Below are positions 26,849-38,696 of a stretch of DNA of 64,000 bases, one piece after another (positions within the stretch are counted from its first letter, which is position 1; every line of letters starts with the position of its first letter). The DNA lies in contig OZ249436.1 of the NCBI GenBank assembly GCA_965235115.1, forward strand, positions 40,798,001 through 40,862,000. The letters run 5' to 3'. The notes beneath the pieces were generated by a model that worked only from the letters and a program-made list of their open reading frames with translations, had not been told where the DNA came from and ran no database searches. Origin of the DNA: Laetmonice hystrix (lineage: Eukaryota). The position numbers were made by a program, and so were the translations under genes.

Positions 26849-27963
26849 AGCCCGCCGTACACTTTCCCGATTTTGCCCAACTCGAGTCGGTAACCATGGT
26901 TCCCGACTGCTCCCGACAGCTCCCGACTGCAGTTGGAGCAAATCGTAGCCGATTCGAAAAACGAATCGGGAGCCAAGCGTGGTTCCCGATTATGGCCGAC
27001 TAAGCTTAGCTTTTCCAACCTTGGGTTCTTCAAAACACGCTCGCGGTGGTAATAACAATGAATCAATTCAGATGGAAATTATTGCAAAGGAAACTAGAGA
27101 TATGTGGCTTTTGTCCAGTATAAAATTTAATAAATAGGTTTAAGGATTCTTTTTCATACGGCCATTCGAAAATCATCAAAAAAGTATAAAAAACCTGAAA
27201 ACGTGTGACTTCTCTACCTTCTAGGTCTTGCCATGCAAAATCTGTCGCGACGACCTATACAAAAAAGTACCCAGAATTTTTCCCCACATCGTAAGGTTTC
27301 CATAGATGTCTTTCTTTAAGCGAGACTCCTTTTAGTTATGAATACAGCGAGCTTTGTTTGGAAATTTAAAAGTTCCCAAAACTTTGATAATGACGTTAAA
27401 TATCACAATAGACAGCCAGGCTCCAATCGAAGCTGTGTTGGATCAGGGGCCTACAGTGATATTTTCAGAGGTATTATAATGCTATAATTTTCTGTGAATA
27501 TTTACTGACCTTCGAAGTCTCTGCTTCTGTAGTATTTTAATCCATTCTTTTATAAGACGAGAGCTAGACAGCAAAATAGTGCAGTCTACGTTAGATCTAA
27601 GCCTTCTCTTCACGGCTCTGCCGCACGTCCTCTTTATGACGCCACAGCTTTGTGTCAGTGAAATATTGTAATATTATGTATCAAAATACGTAGTTAACTA
27701 ATTATGATGTCACAAGTGACAATGAAAGCTAAACAGGTCGATCTGTTAGTCTTCACACTATTATCACCTAGGCTAGAAAGATTATAATAACACTTTCTGG
27801 GCGTTCAAGTGGGGGTTGAACTGGAGGAGCTCCCAACTACGGTGCCGATCTATGGCCGTCCACACTGCATGGGTCGGGAGCAGATAATCGGGAGAGTGTA
27901 CGGTGGTCAGTCGGGAGTCGGGAGTCGGGAGTTGGGCAAAGTCGTGACAGTGTACGGCGGGCT
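26849..27963. mobile_element. PIF/Harbinger non-autonomous element
   Basis: TAA|AGCCCGCCGTACACT ... AGTGTACGGCGGGCT|TAA; subterminal TCCCGA repeats. Confidence 0.88.
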
Positions 27964-28074
27964 TAAGACACAGAGACATCCCTCTTCGCTATGCCATGTT
28001 GAAGATGCTGTAGGCGGTCCTATAGACTTCGGTCAACGACCTGATCTTCCTGGACAGAATCCAGTTCCAGGGCA

Positions 28075-29165
28075 ATGCGTGAAGGAAGCGAGACTGCCGT
28101 TGCCTCTTGTAAACCTCCAGTCAAATGCTGTGATCGAGTATCAGCTCGGCCTGCATATCGAAACAAGACATTGCAGGGCAAGCAAAAGAAGACAAAGCAG
28201 GACGACTCTGAATGTGCAAGCTGCTGCTTTGTCTCTCGTGACCCATCCGATCCTAAATCAACTGAGGACTGGCTTATGTGTAGGATATGCCACCTTTGGT
28301 TTCACGAGTCCTGTGGGGAAGATTATGGCATTATCGACGATGATTTTTCGACTTAGCACCCTCCCAGCTTTTAGGCCAAGTAACTCTGTCGTCTTGAAAT
28401 CACCTCATAGATTTTCACATATGACGGTGGTATGGAAGTAGACTATAGCCTATATTTGTTCGGCCAATTCGTTATCAGCCTTCACTTTCTGCCTGTTCCG
28501 GCTCATAATTTAGCCTACTTTTTATATCACTTACGTTGCCATTGCGTTAGTTGACCTTTGTTCCACATGTTCAATAGGCCTACAGCTTGTTTCCTGCGAT
28601 TAGGCCTCGTTACAGTGATATGAATTTTAAAAATAAATTCTATAGAATCATAAATCTATATACCTATAGAAGCCTATCATATGCCTATAGAAGCCTATAA
28701 CTCTGGTTTTTAATGCGATCTGTCATTAGTGTGACGGAATTACAGCAACTGTAATTCCGTAACGTGACGGAATTTCAAGGCACCCAACGGCTTTATACGG
28801 GTGTCAATATAAAGCTAAAGCATATAACTGTCTTTTTTAGATGGCTAAGTCTTCCTTATTATCTGCTATATAATAAGGGTGGTTTAGGATTGATCTAGAA
28901 CACTCTGGAGAGCAGGAAACTGAGAAACCCCTGCAAACATAAAAACATCATGTCAAAGCGTGTAATTCCGTCAAGGAAGTTATCCGCTCACTTCCGCCAA
29001 GGCAGCAACCGAAAAAATACAGGCAGGCATCTAGAAAATAATAGGTTAAGTCAGGAATTCCTATTGAAAAAGAGTCATTAAGCATTTACGTGCATAGTTT
29101 AACATTTATTCCGGATGAAAACTGCTGATCCGGCGTTCATGTGTAATTCCGTCACGATGGAATTC
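28075..29165 (+). mobile_element. 3' end of a transposon: PHD-finger remnant plus GTGACGGAATTAC inverted subterminal repeats (pogo/Fot1-like)
   Basis: ECASC...EDWLMCRICHLWFHESC (PHD pattern); GTGACGGAATT/AATTCCGTCAC repeats at 28730-29155. Confidence 0.55.
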
Positions 29166-29754
29166 ATGTATAGGGCCTTACCTAGCCGGGGGAGGGGGGG
29201 GGGGGCAACTGCCCCCAGTAATCATGGCAAAAGTGCCCTTTTTTATCAGCAGACCTGTGCCCTTTTTAAGGTGTTATATTTAATCACCTTGTGATCGCGG
29301 TGCTCTTCCAAACTTGTTGCGTGCGGCCCTGTCACCGTGACCATGGGCATGGCGGGCATCCACCACGATGGCCGGGTGGATGACGGTGGGCGCAGCGACT
29401 GCTGCCCAAAGTTGTGACATGTCACCGTGTCCGTGGAATTACCGTATAATTTGACTTAGGCCTAATTTAACACAGTAAAGAATATTTTAGGCTAAGCGAA
29501 TAAAAAAAAGTCAAACCATCACCAAAAAACCGCAGGTGACGGTCTGACCGCGTGGCGATGTGACTGACTTGCCACATCACAAAGTCGTCGGGGCAGAAAA
29601 ATGATCTGAACAGATCAGATGATTCAGTCTCACCCTCACCACACCCTCCTTAAACTCCCCTCTGTCGGGAAGAGGTGGAACGATCCATTGAACGAATTTT
29701 CGCGTTCTGTACTGCATGTTTTTGCAGCCAAAAAGAACACAGTACACCATGGAC

Positions 29755-29799
29755 TAGACTAGCCTCCAGCTCTAAAATGATGTCTGGCCGCCCAGTCTA
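29755..29799. mobile_element. 45-bp micro-transposon with 9-bp TSD
   Basis: ACCATGGAC|TAGACT ... AGTCTA|ACCATGGAC. Confidence 0.75.
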
Positions 29800-31162
29800 A
29801 CCATGGACATGCTTGCAAGCGGGAGCGACAGGACGAGAATGACGTCACATAGCATGTGTCTCAGAAAATGAGGGCGTCCCCTTAAAGTTGTTGTGGCTGC
29901 AGTTCCCGCGGTATTTTTAAAAATTCATATCTCTCGCGTTTGTGGACCTAAAATTACCAAAACTTCACAGATGAAATATTAAATTATATTGAACAAGGAA
30001 ATCTTAGTTTTAAAATCGATTCTGGTCTCCGCTTTAAAGACATAATATTCAGTCGTCTCTGCTACAGTTTAGGGTAGTTAAGCCAGGGGACCGCGACGAC
30101 GATAGGCATGAGACGCCCCTCACTGTCGGTGTTGTTCGGCACCTCAGTAAGTCTCCGACAGATGAACGGCCGGTGCGGGTGCCTGAGCATGCAGTCTGTT
30201 GCATCGCCAACTGTCACGTTTTTATCCTACATTCTGTGTTTTCTGGGCTCGGATTTTAATTATTTTATGCCAAGGCAAGTGTCTTTCAAGTGTTGCCTTG
30301 TCTCTAAGCGGAAAAAACCTCTGTTCTTAAGTTGTACACTTGGGCAGAAAGCGCCACCCTTGGCTTGACTGCCAGGGACCGCACCTGACCGGAAACCTAT
30401 AACGGTCGCGCTACCTAGTGGCGCACACTCCCTATTGCCGACTTCTGACAACCACTGGTCGGTAGTTGGTTGTCAGAGGTTGTATACAGGTTCATTTTTG
30501 GCAGTCTGTAAAAGGTTACCAGTGTTCGGTAAGTGGTTGTTGGGGCATTTTGGTCGGCTGGAGGTTTATGCTGCTGCATCGAAAACCCTCTGCCCACCAA
30601 ACTGGTCGGGACAAGGTTTTTCTTCTCCCTAATCTTTTGTCCGAGGCTGGCCGGCGACATTTCTCAGACTGGTCTCAAACTGCAATCGCCGACCATTGCC
30701 ATTGGCCAACCAACAACAACTACCCGCTGATCTGTCGTCTACCGTTCGTGGACCACTTGGCAGGACAGTAGATCTATAGGCTAAATTGGTGCGCACAGTA
30801 GTGGACAATCATCCCTCTTCACCTTGCAAGAAAGACGACCTGTCTGCTCTTTCACATCCAAAATGCTAAAAACATGCCCAAGGGAGTCTCCACGAAGGCG
30901 AGGGGCAAGCATAAGAGAGCTAGACGAGCCCAGACAGAAAATGACAGTGATGGCAGCCTGATGCCCATGCCCAAACAAGCACGTGAGGACGAGGAAGGGG
31001 AAGAAGAGCCCCTGGTGATGGAGACTAAAGGTGGTCCCCATCAAACCACAGAGTCAGAGGAGACCCCAGCCTCTCCGGCAGTCCCAGGCTCAGAGACCAG
31101 CAAGAAAGACGACCTGCCGTTTCTAGTCTGGTCTTTCACATCCAATATCCATGGCCTCATCC

Positions 31163-32597
31163 CAGGGATGAAAGTGGCCAGCGGTAAAATTTCCTGAAAT
31201 CCTGACCGGGGGGCAGCGGCGGGGGCCAATGTCCATAATTAATATTTGTTTGTGCGCACATCCAAGGGGCTCCCCCCCCTTAAAAAAAGTCAGGCTAGGA
31301 ACAGCAGACAATCATGATCCGATAAGGCCTCCTACATATTATATATTATAGGGCCTAGCCCTCAGTATTTAGTCGCCACCCCCCCACCCACCCCACCCAC
31401 CCCCCCTGCAAATTCGCTGGATAGACTCCATCACTCATCAGTCCATGCCCCTGTTCAAGGCTGTTGCTTGCCTGTCACTCAGTGTCACTGTCAACCTCTG
31501 CCTGGCTCTGCCGTCTCTCTCCAACATTGGAATCCAGTCGGCTTTTAGCGTCCAAAATGCACCCGATTACGTTGTCAAACAGCTTCCATGTGTTAGACTG
31601 ACCACACAGGCTGTATATCAGTCTTGACCCTCAGCAGTCACGACCCTCAGCGGCTCTCAGCCAAGCAACACAGTCGCTGAGTCGAGTGGTTCAGCCCGTG
31701 TGTCCATGTGCCACTCATGTTGTTGTTAATATTGTCACTTCCGGTCTTATCAGGACACCTGCACTGATCAACAAATGTAATGAAAAGTCCTGACAACCCC
31801 AAAACTTCAGTGAAAACCACTTACGTAATGCCATTATCCTCAAATTTATATGCAAGAAAACATTATGAGAACTTACTGACATATATACTAGGCAGATTCA
31901 TAGAACTAAATTGACCCAGTTTCCTGTGAGGAGTGACATTGTGATGGTGCGTAGTTCGTCAGCCTAATCACTATCACCGGGACTAGACAGACCGGTCTGT
32001 CTATAGTCTCGTTGCTATCACTAAGTGAGCGCTCAGGCAAAACTCGCGCATGGATATGGCATAATGGCAAGCCTGAATCAACGGGCTTCGCAGCTGCCTG
32101 ACCATCAGTTTTGCCTGAAGTCATTACCTGAGGTGAGTCGCTCTCACCACAGCGACACGGGGTCGTGCCTGCCAGACGGGACAGACGCCACCGCGTGCCG
32201 GTAGAAGTCAGCCCACGCGGGCCGGTCTATGTGAGCGATGTGACCACAGCTACACCAGCACCCCCGGCAGACCGGCCTATGCACGGCGGTACCCGTGACA
32301 CTGGACGGGTTTGAGACACTCTAATATCCCCATCTATAAACGAACTTTGGGCAGGTAGAGATATATTGAGCTGCATGGTGTTAAAAAACGTCCTGGAAGG
32401 GGATATTGTTTCATTTGATATTTAACAAATAAAATTGCCAACCACACAGTCCAGGGCAATACTTAGCCTTGGCTTAGGCCTACCTTTTTTGCCTATAGAT
32501 CTAGGCCTATTTCCTTTTTTGGGTGTTATTTCTGGGGGGGGGGGGATTTTTTCAAATTTCCTGATTTCAGGAAATTTCCTGAAAACTTTCATCCCTG
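31163..32597. mobile_element. hAT-like element with 6-bp TSD inserted in the Harbinger transposase
   Basis: TCATCC|CAGGGATGAAAGT ... ACTTTCATCCCTG|TCATCC. Confidence 0.88.
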
Positions 32598-32658
32598 TCA
32601 TCCAGAACTGTCTCCGTCTTCTAAAAACAATCCATGGCCTCATCCAGAACTGTCTCCG

Positions 32659-33163
32659 TCTTCTTCTTCTTCTTCTCCTTCTTCTTCTTCTTCTTCTCCT
32701 TCTCCTTCTCCTTCTCCTTCTCCTTCTCCTTCTCCTTCTCCTTCTCCTTCTCCTTCTCCTTCTCCTTCTCCTTCTCCTTCTCCTTCTCCTTCTCCTTCTT
32801 CTTCTTCTTCTTCTTCTTCTTCTTCTTCTTCTTCTTCTTCTTCTTCTTCTTCTTCTTCTTCTTCTTCTTCTTCTTCTTCTTCTTCTTCTTCTTCTTCTTC
32901 TTCTTCTTCTTCTTCTTCTTCTTCTTCTTCTTCTTCTTCTTCTTCTTCTTCTTCTTCTTCTTCTTCTTCTTCTTCTTCTTCTTCTTCTTCTTCTTCTTCT
33001 TCTTCTTCTTCTTCTTCTTCTTCTTCTTCTTCTTCTTCTTCTTCTTCTTCTTCTTCTTCTTCTTCTTCTTCTTCTTCTTCTTCTTCTTCTTCTTCTTCTT
33101 CTTCTTCTTCTTCTTCTTCTTCTTCTTCTTCTTCTTCTTCTTCTTCTTCTTCTTCTTCTTCTC
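32659..33163. repeat. (TTC)n microsatellite, ~505 bp, with a (TTCTCC)n block
   Basis: Read directly from the sequence. Confidence 0.99.
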
Positions 33164-34968
33164 TGGTACAGCAAAAGAGCCAATGCAGCAGCGTCATTTT
33201 CCTCTTCGTTTTGCAGCATCAGTCCCAGCAGATGGAGTTGTCTTGTTTGGAAAAGCAGAACCATATTGGGATGTTTCGTCTTCATCAGCTTGTGGAATAC
33301 TGAGCGATTCCTCCTGGCAGCCTCATATTTATACCCCCTATAGTACTCTTTGAGAGACTGTCGAGCGCCGTACGAATATTGGCAGCTAATCTGCAACTAG
33401 TTGTTCATTATCGCCGATAAATCGCTGACCAGTTGCCGATTATTTGACAACATTCCAACGAGTGGTTGCCCATCAGTCTTCAATAATTTTCATTGACCGG
33501 ACAATTTTCGTACGACACCCAGGAACCTGTCGTAGGCCTACTACCGATCGGCAACTCCTCGCCAAATTATTTTTTTGTCAAGTTTGGGGAATTTGGTCGG
33601 AAGTGGTTGTCGTTGGTCGCAGCTTTTTTTGATTGCCAGAGGTCGGCAGCTGCTCGTATCTCTTGTCGGTCTAAAGTGGCACATCTCTTTCTTTGATCAT
33701 GCCTTTTAATATTAGAGGGGGGCCATTGTGACCACTACCATTCAAGATGTCCGTCTGAATTAGGGCCGAGAGAGAGAAAAAAAGTCCTAGAATCTATAAC
33801 TTCTTAACCAAACCACTCAGGAAGATCATTTGGATGCCTTGTGTTTTGGGGACGGGAAATAAAGACCATTTCAAATTAAACGACTCCTTCATCACATAAA
33901 TCCAATATGGCTACCAGCATCGTGGGGGGCGAAAGAAAAAAATGTCTGCTTCTTCACCAAACGCGGCAGATATCTAGACCTTGACGTAGTGTAAACATCC
34001 AAATCCCCCAAACTCGATCCGACTGACGAGGTCCGGGGGATTTTCACATTCATGGGCCGTCTTGGGGTCACCAGTCTACCAATATGGGGTAGACACCGCG
34101 GGTCGTCTGAGTGTCGGGACGGAGTAGCTAACTAGGTAGCCTACGTAGTAAGCCTCAGCCAGTGAGGCTTACAACCACTCAATGTTAAAAATGGGTGTGT
34201 CACTGGCAGCGCAGATTCATGTACCGATCAACCCACCGGCATCCATTTATCAGGGGCAACGTCTTCTTTTAGTTGTTTGACAAGTATTTTAAGGATAAAA
34301 CATCAAATTCCGAAGTGTCGTACAGCTGCGGCTTCCCTGGCCTGTTTATGTCCCAGCATGCATCTCTCTGACCTAGCAAGGTCCCCTGCTCTACGTATGT
34401 CGTAACATAGCGGACGCGTCTGTTAGGCAGGGTACCAGGCTACTCCCTGACCCGGGAGGTCAAAATGGCCGCGATAGGCAGAGGGCGAAATTCGTCGATT
34501 CCAGACTTTGTGCTGCCCTTATTATGTCTCGTCGTGCTTTCCAAACTTGGAAATAAGTAAGATAAGTTACTTTAAGCGTGTTTATTAATATTCAGTTCAG
34601 ATATATGGGCAGGGGAGGGGTTTTCTTGGTGGTTGGATGATTTGACCAAACACACCGGGAACTTGCACTACGTGGCGTCCGTCTCTGTATAGCCCACGGT
34701 AGTACAGAGACGGATACTCTGTCTACTAACTAGGCTACCAGGGGTCAGTTGGTCTACTAACTAGGCTACCAGGGGTCAGTTGCATGACGGTCCGTTCGTT
34801 AAAATTCTCATTGAAAATAGCTACATGGGGAAAGTAACGAACGGACAGTCATGCAACTGGCCCCTGGGGCTTCCCCATGTATTTTCAATGAGAATTTTAA
34901 CGAACGGACCGTCATACCACTGGCCCCAGGTGGCAAATTATCATCGTATTTCATGTAACATTGATACT

Positions 34969-35539
34969 CATTCGGGACTCCCTCGGGCATATGACGTCAC
35001 TTCCTGCTATTCGAATATACCCTCGGGTGGAATAGCGGCCATGTTTGGCAACCAGATACACGGCCAAATGGAGGTGTGTAGCGAGGCACTGAGTGAACCG
35101 TCATATCCCATCGAGCCAGGAAGTAGTGCATTATTGAAACCTGCTTCTTGGCATCGTATGTGCAAATATATATTTTGTGGTATGAAGGGGAACGTTTGAA
35201 CTGAAAAAATCAATTACCTAATTTACCTAAATGGGCGTGATACGGTAATTTATCAAATTATGTGAAGCAATATGGCCGCGCCCATGAAGGACAGCACCAC
35301 GACAGATAGTACGACTACTTGTATCATGAACATGATACTCTCGTAATATTGCCCACTGACTATGGGGAAAACACTTGAGGCCTATTTTAGTTGCTTCCAT
35401 GCCTGATGCAGGCAAAATACTGCAAGCACTGCCATGCTGGCGAGAGTCCCAGCTAAATGTACCCGCGATGCAATGCTCAAAATGGCGACTATTTCACCCG
35501 AGGCTACTTTCGAAGATATGGCCGAGGGAATCCCGAATG
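34969..35539. mobile_element. MITE with CATTCGGGA TIRs and 9-bp TSD (AcademH- or MULE-like), copy 1
   Basis: ATTGATACT|CATTCGGGACTCCCTCGG ... CCGAGGGAATCCCGAATG|ATTGATACT. Confidence 0.9.
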
Positions 35540-36285
35540 ATTGATACTATGACTTTATTTAACCAGGATAACTATTACTGCCATCTACTGGTATAGGAAC
35601 AGAGTATTTCTCTATAGTCCTGCCCCCTAGCGTTGTATTACGGTACCATCTTAGTTGTGGGATCTTGACCATAAATCTTAGACTCGTCCCGCAGCTCTAT
35701 GTACGCATATTCGGACTTGGGTCTGGTGGGACCAGTCCACCATAATCAGGCGGTTTGCCAGTGCACGGGAGCGCTATCCTCCTCGCCCATGACCGAGGTC
35801 GTCTGATAAAGCCAGATCAGAGCTATCTGTCTCTAGGTAGTTGAATAGTTCAGGCAGACACACCTTTACTAGGCTACACCCACCACCCCCGCGTCAGGTA
35901 TTTATTAATTCCTTTAAAATGATTATTTTATAATTTGCTTGCATGGATAAAATGACAACTCTATAATATATGCATACTGATTATAATACTTAAATACCAT
36001 CGGTGTTTTACAATAGGTTGGAAGTGACACAGCAGGCCTAAATTGCATTGAGCCGGAGATCGCTGAATAACAGAGAGGGTCAGATCGGCACGTTCGCGAT
36101 ACGTGTGACCTGACCCAATTCCTAACTAGGTCATGGAAACGGTGACGTCATTCGCGGGGATTCCCTCGGCCCCAGCGAGTGGTTGGCAGAAAGCATGCTT
36201 GCAGGCACATGTTGTGTATGTTTACAGTTTAGAGTTCAGCGATCTTTCGCGGTTTGTAACGTTTCTTTCACGTGTCCTTCAGAAA

Positions 36286-36470
36286 ATGGTTGTATCCTGG
36301 GTTGCTGTTGGGTGTGCTTGTCGCTGTATCAATGGAAATGTGTCGTTCCATCGCATTCTAAGAGAAAAAACATGAAGAGATCGCTGGCTGAAGTTAGCCT
36401 AAATGCAATCAAGCGCAAGCACTGGCAACCGAAATCCGTTTGCGGAAGACAAATGTTTTATATCAGATAT
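36286..36470 (+). pseudogene. Degenerate THAP zinc-finger (transposon-derived)
   Basis: MVVSWVAVGC...VSFHRI...*RDRWL / AIKRKHWQPKSVCG..F, with stop and frameshift. Confidence 0.7.
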
Positions 36471-37098
36471 GCCTGAGTACTTTAATTAGTTAAATATTAC
36501 CATTAGTAGTCTATATACAGTTATGGTAAATTATAGATCTAGCAATATAAAAGCATGACATGATACCCAACTAAAGCAACCCACAATATAAATTATTAAA
36601 CCCCCGAGCGTTAGCGAGGGAGTTTATTGATAGCACCCCTCGATTATTTTTCTCTCGCAAAAAAATCCTCTACTTTGTATCGTATTTTTTCTCCATTTGT
36701 CAATTCAGAACTGTTTCTGCTTCTCACAACGATTCAGAAAACGAATCGCAGCAACAAAAGTTTCTGCAATGTGCGCTGGTCAGCCAATCAACACCACTCG
36801 GTTATATGGCTATAGGTCAATACACAGCCGCAAAAGGCCTACTACTAGTACTATAGCCTAGCCTGCACAGGTTGAGCGAGGTGAGAGTATAAGGCCCGCT
36901 GAAACCCACTCAGCCATGACTAGCAGCCTATTTATGTGCCGAGCAGGAAAAAGACGTGTGTGTCGGAGAGTATAGCAGAGTGGCCGGCTCAAGTCGGGGA
37001 ACTGCCGTGACGTCACGGGTAGAGTCCCCCACGTACGGCCGTATCACTCCCACATCATAGCGTTACAAAAGGGGAAGTCCTTCCACCGGACTATTCGG

Positions 37099-37986
37099 TG
37101 GGTGGGTATTTGGGGTTTTACGCCTTGCAACAGCCAGGGTCATATCACGGCGGTGAAGATGATGATGATGATGAAAGGTGAAGGAAACCGGAGTGCCCGG
37201 AGGAAACCACCGACCTTCGGGAAGGAACTGACTGACAAACCTTTCACACTGGCCTGGTCCCCAGCTATATATTGACTTCGTATGCAGCCCAGGCCGGGGA
37301 TCGAACCCGGACCGCAGCGGTGTGAGGCGATGGCCCTATAGGTGTCATGAGCCAGCACCTTTGAACACTCGGCCACCCAAGGCCCCATTCGGGACTCCCT
37401 CGGGCATATGACGTCACTTCCTGCTATTCGAATATACCCTCGGGTGGAATAGCGGCCATGTTTGGCAACCAGATACACGGCCAAATGGAGGTGTGTAGGC
37501 ACTGAGTGAACCGTCATATCCCATCGAGCCAGGAAGTAGTGCATTATTGACACCTGCTCCTTCGGCGTTGTATGTGCAAATATAAATTTCTGGTATGAAG
37601 GGGAACGTTTGAAGAAGAAAAATGAATCACTCAATTTACCTAAATGGGCGTCAATACGGTAATTTACCAAATTCTGGGAAGCAACATGGCCGCGCCCATG
37701 TACGACACTGGCCCGACACATGGTAGGACTACATTGTACTTGTAATCATGTTGTAATTTAAGTTGTATCATGACATGATACTATTATAATATTGCCCACT
37801 GACTTCGGGGAAATCATTGTAGGCCTATTTTAGTTACTTCGATGCCTGATGCAGACAAAATACTGCAAGCACATGCTGTCGAGAGTCCCGGCTAAATGTA
37901 CCCGCGATGCAATGCTCAAAATGGCACCTATTTCACCCGAGGCTACTTTCGAAGATATGGCCGAGGATTCCCGAATGCCAAGGCCC
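37099..37986 (-). mobile_element. tRNA-derived SINE with V-SINE-like core; 5' end interrupted by MITE copy 2
   Basis: Minus strand has A-box TGGCCGAGTG, B-box GGTTCGATCCC, core GGTTTCCTCCGGGCACTCCGGTTTCC and tail GGCGTAAAACCCCAAATACCCACCC; TSD CCGGACTATTCGG at 37086-37098 and 37986-37998. Confidence 0.88.
37386..37977. mobile_element. MITE with CATTCGGGA TIRs and 9-bp TSD, copy 2
   Basis: CCAAGGCCC|CATTCGGG ... CCCGAATG|CCAAGGCCC; clearly similar to copy 1 along its length. Confidence 0.9.
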
Positions 37987-38029
37987 CGGACTATTCGGCA
38001 GTCTGCTGACTGGTGCCGAGTGACCGAGT

Positions 38030-38170
38030 GGGAGGCGGGGAAGGGGGAAGAGAATTGGGACAGGAAGTGACGTGTAGATGGAACAGATTCAGGTCTCAGA
38101 CTATTCATTATGCGCAATGAAACACATTACGGACAATGCTGCCTTCAGCGGTACCACTGCATGCGCATCG
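38030..38170 (+). promoter_or_regulatory. Probable promoter / non-coding first exon of SLC46 paralog A
   Basis: GGAAGTGACG (ETS/CRE-like) and TGCATGCGCA (NRF1-like) motifs; candidate donor CG|GTAAAG at 38170; acceptor TTGTAG| at 38665, upstream of the ATG. Confidence 0.35.
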
Positions 38171-38696
38171 GTAAAGGCGTATAAGCTAATTATCGCAAAA
38201 AGTAGGCCTATGTTATGAAGTATTAGAGCTTTATCTGGTTCGAAGTAGACCTTAAATGACCCAGAAAATCGTCCCATCAAATAGATAATGATCAGGGGTG
38301 ATCAGGCAGAACTGAGATCGGGGGGGGGGGGGGGGGGGAGTCCGACTGAGATGGCGGGGGAGGGGGAGTCCCAACCGTAATAGTAGTAATTCATTTAGAT
38401 CTATCTAGTTATTTAATTAGTTATCTTTTGGGGGAGGCGGGGGGGGGGGGGGGGGTTCAGGGCAACCCGGAAACCCACTGGCTATACCCTTGATGATTAG
38501 ACAAATGAATTAATTAATTGATTAAAAAAAACAAATATGTCAAAATATTAATGTTAAATGTTATGAGCGAGTCATAATAAAACGGGTATATCAAGCATTG
38601 GACCTGCATTCCTAAAGAAAGAACTTGTTTCAGGTTTGCTTTGGTAATTTTATTCTCTTTTGTAGATCCACGGTTGAGAGGTGATACCCGTGCATA

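Larger units (their letters stand above)
30081..33685. mobile_element. Internally deleted Harbinger transposon: 5' parts of convergent accessory ORF (+, from 30874) and transposase (-, from 33264)
   Basis: CCGAC/GTCGG-rich subterminal arms; basic/acidic ORF MPKGVSTKARGKHKR...; minus-strand MVLLF...LALLLYQ(R)nQFWMRPWI, typical of Harbinger transposase N-termini; outer ends imperfect. Confidence 0.7.

Noticed and set aside
27809..28441. 210-aa ORF
   Set aside because: Crosses a MITE boundary; the meaningful PHD peptide is in another frame
32435..33353. Poly-Leu, poly-Phe and poly-Glu ORFs
   Set aside because: Alternative frames of the TTC tract; only the poly-Arg frame has meaningful flanks
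37140..37721. 193-aa minus-strand ORF or a tRNA gene
   Set aside because: Chimera of MITE and SINE; A/B boxes are present but there is no cloverleaf
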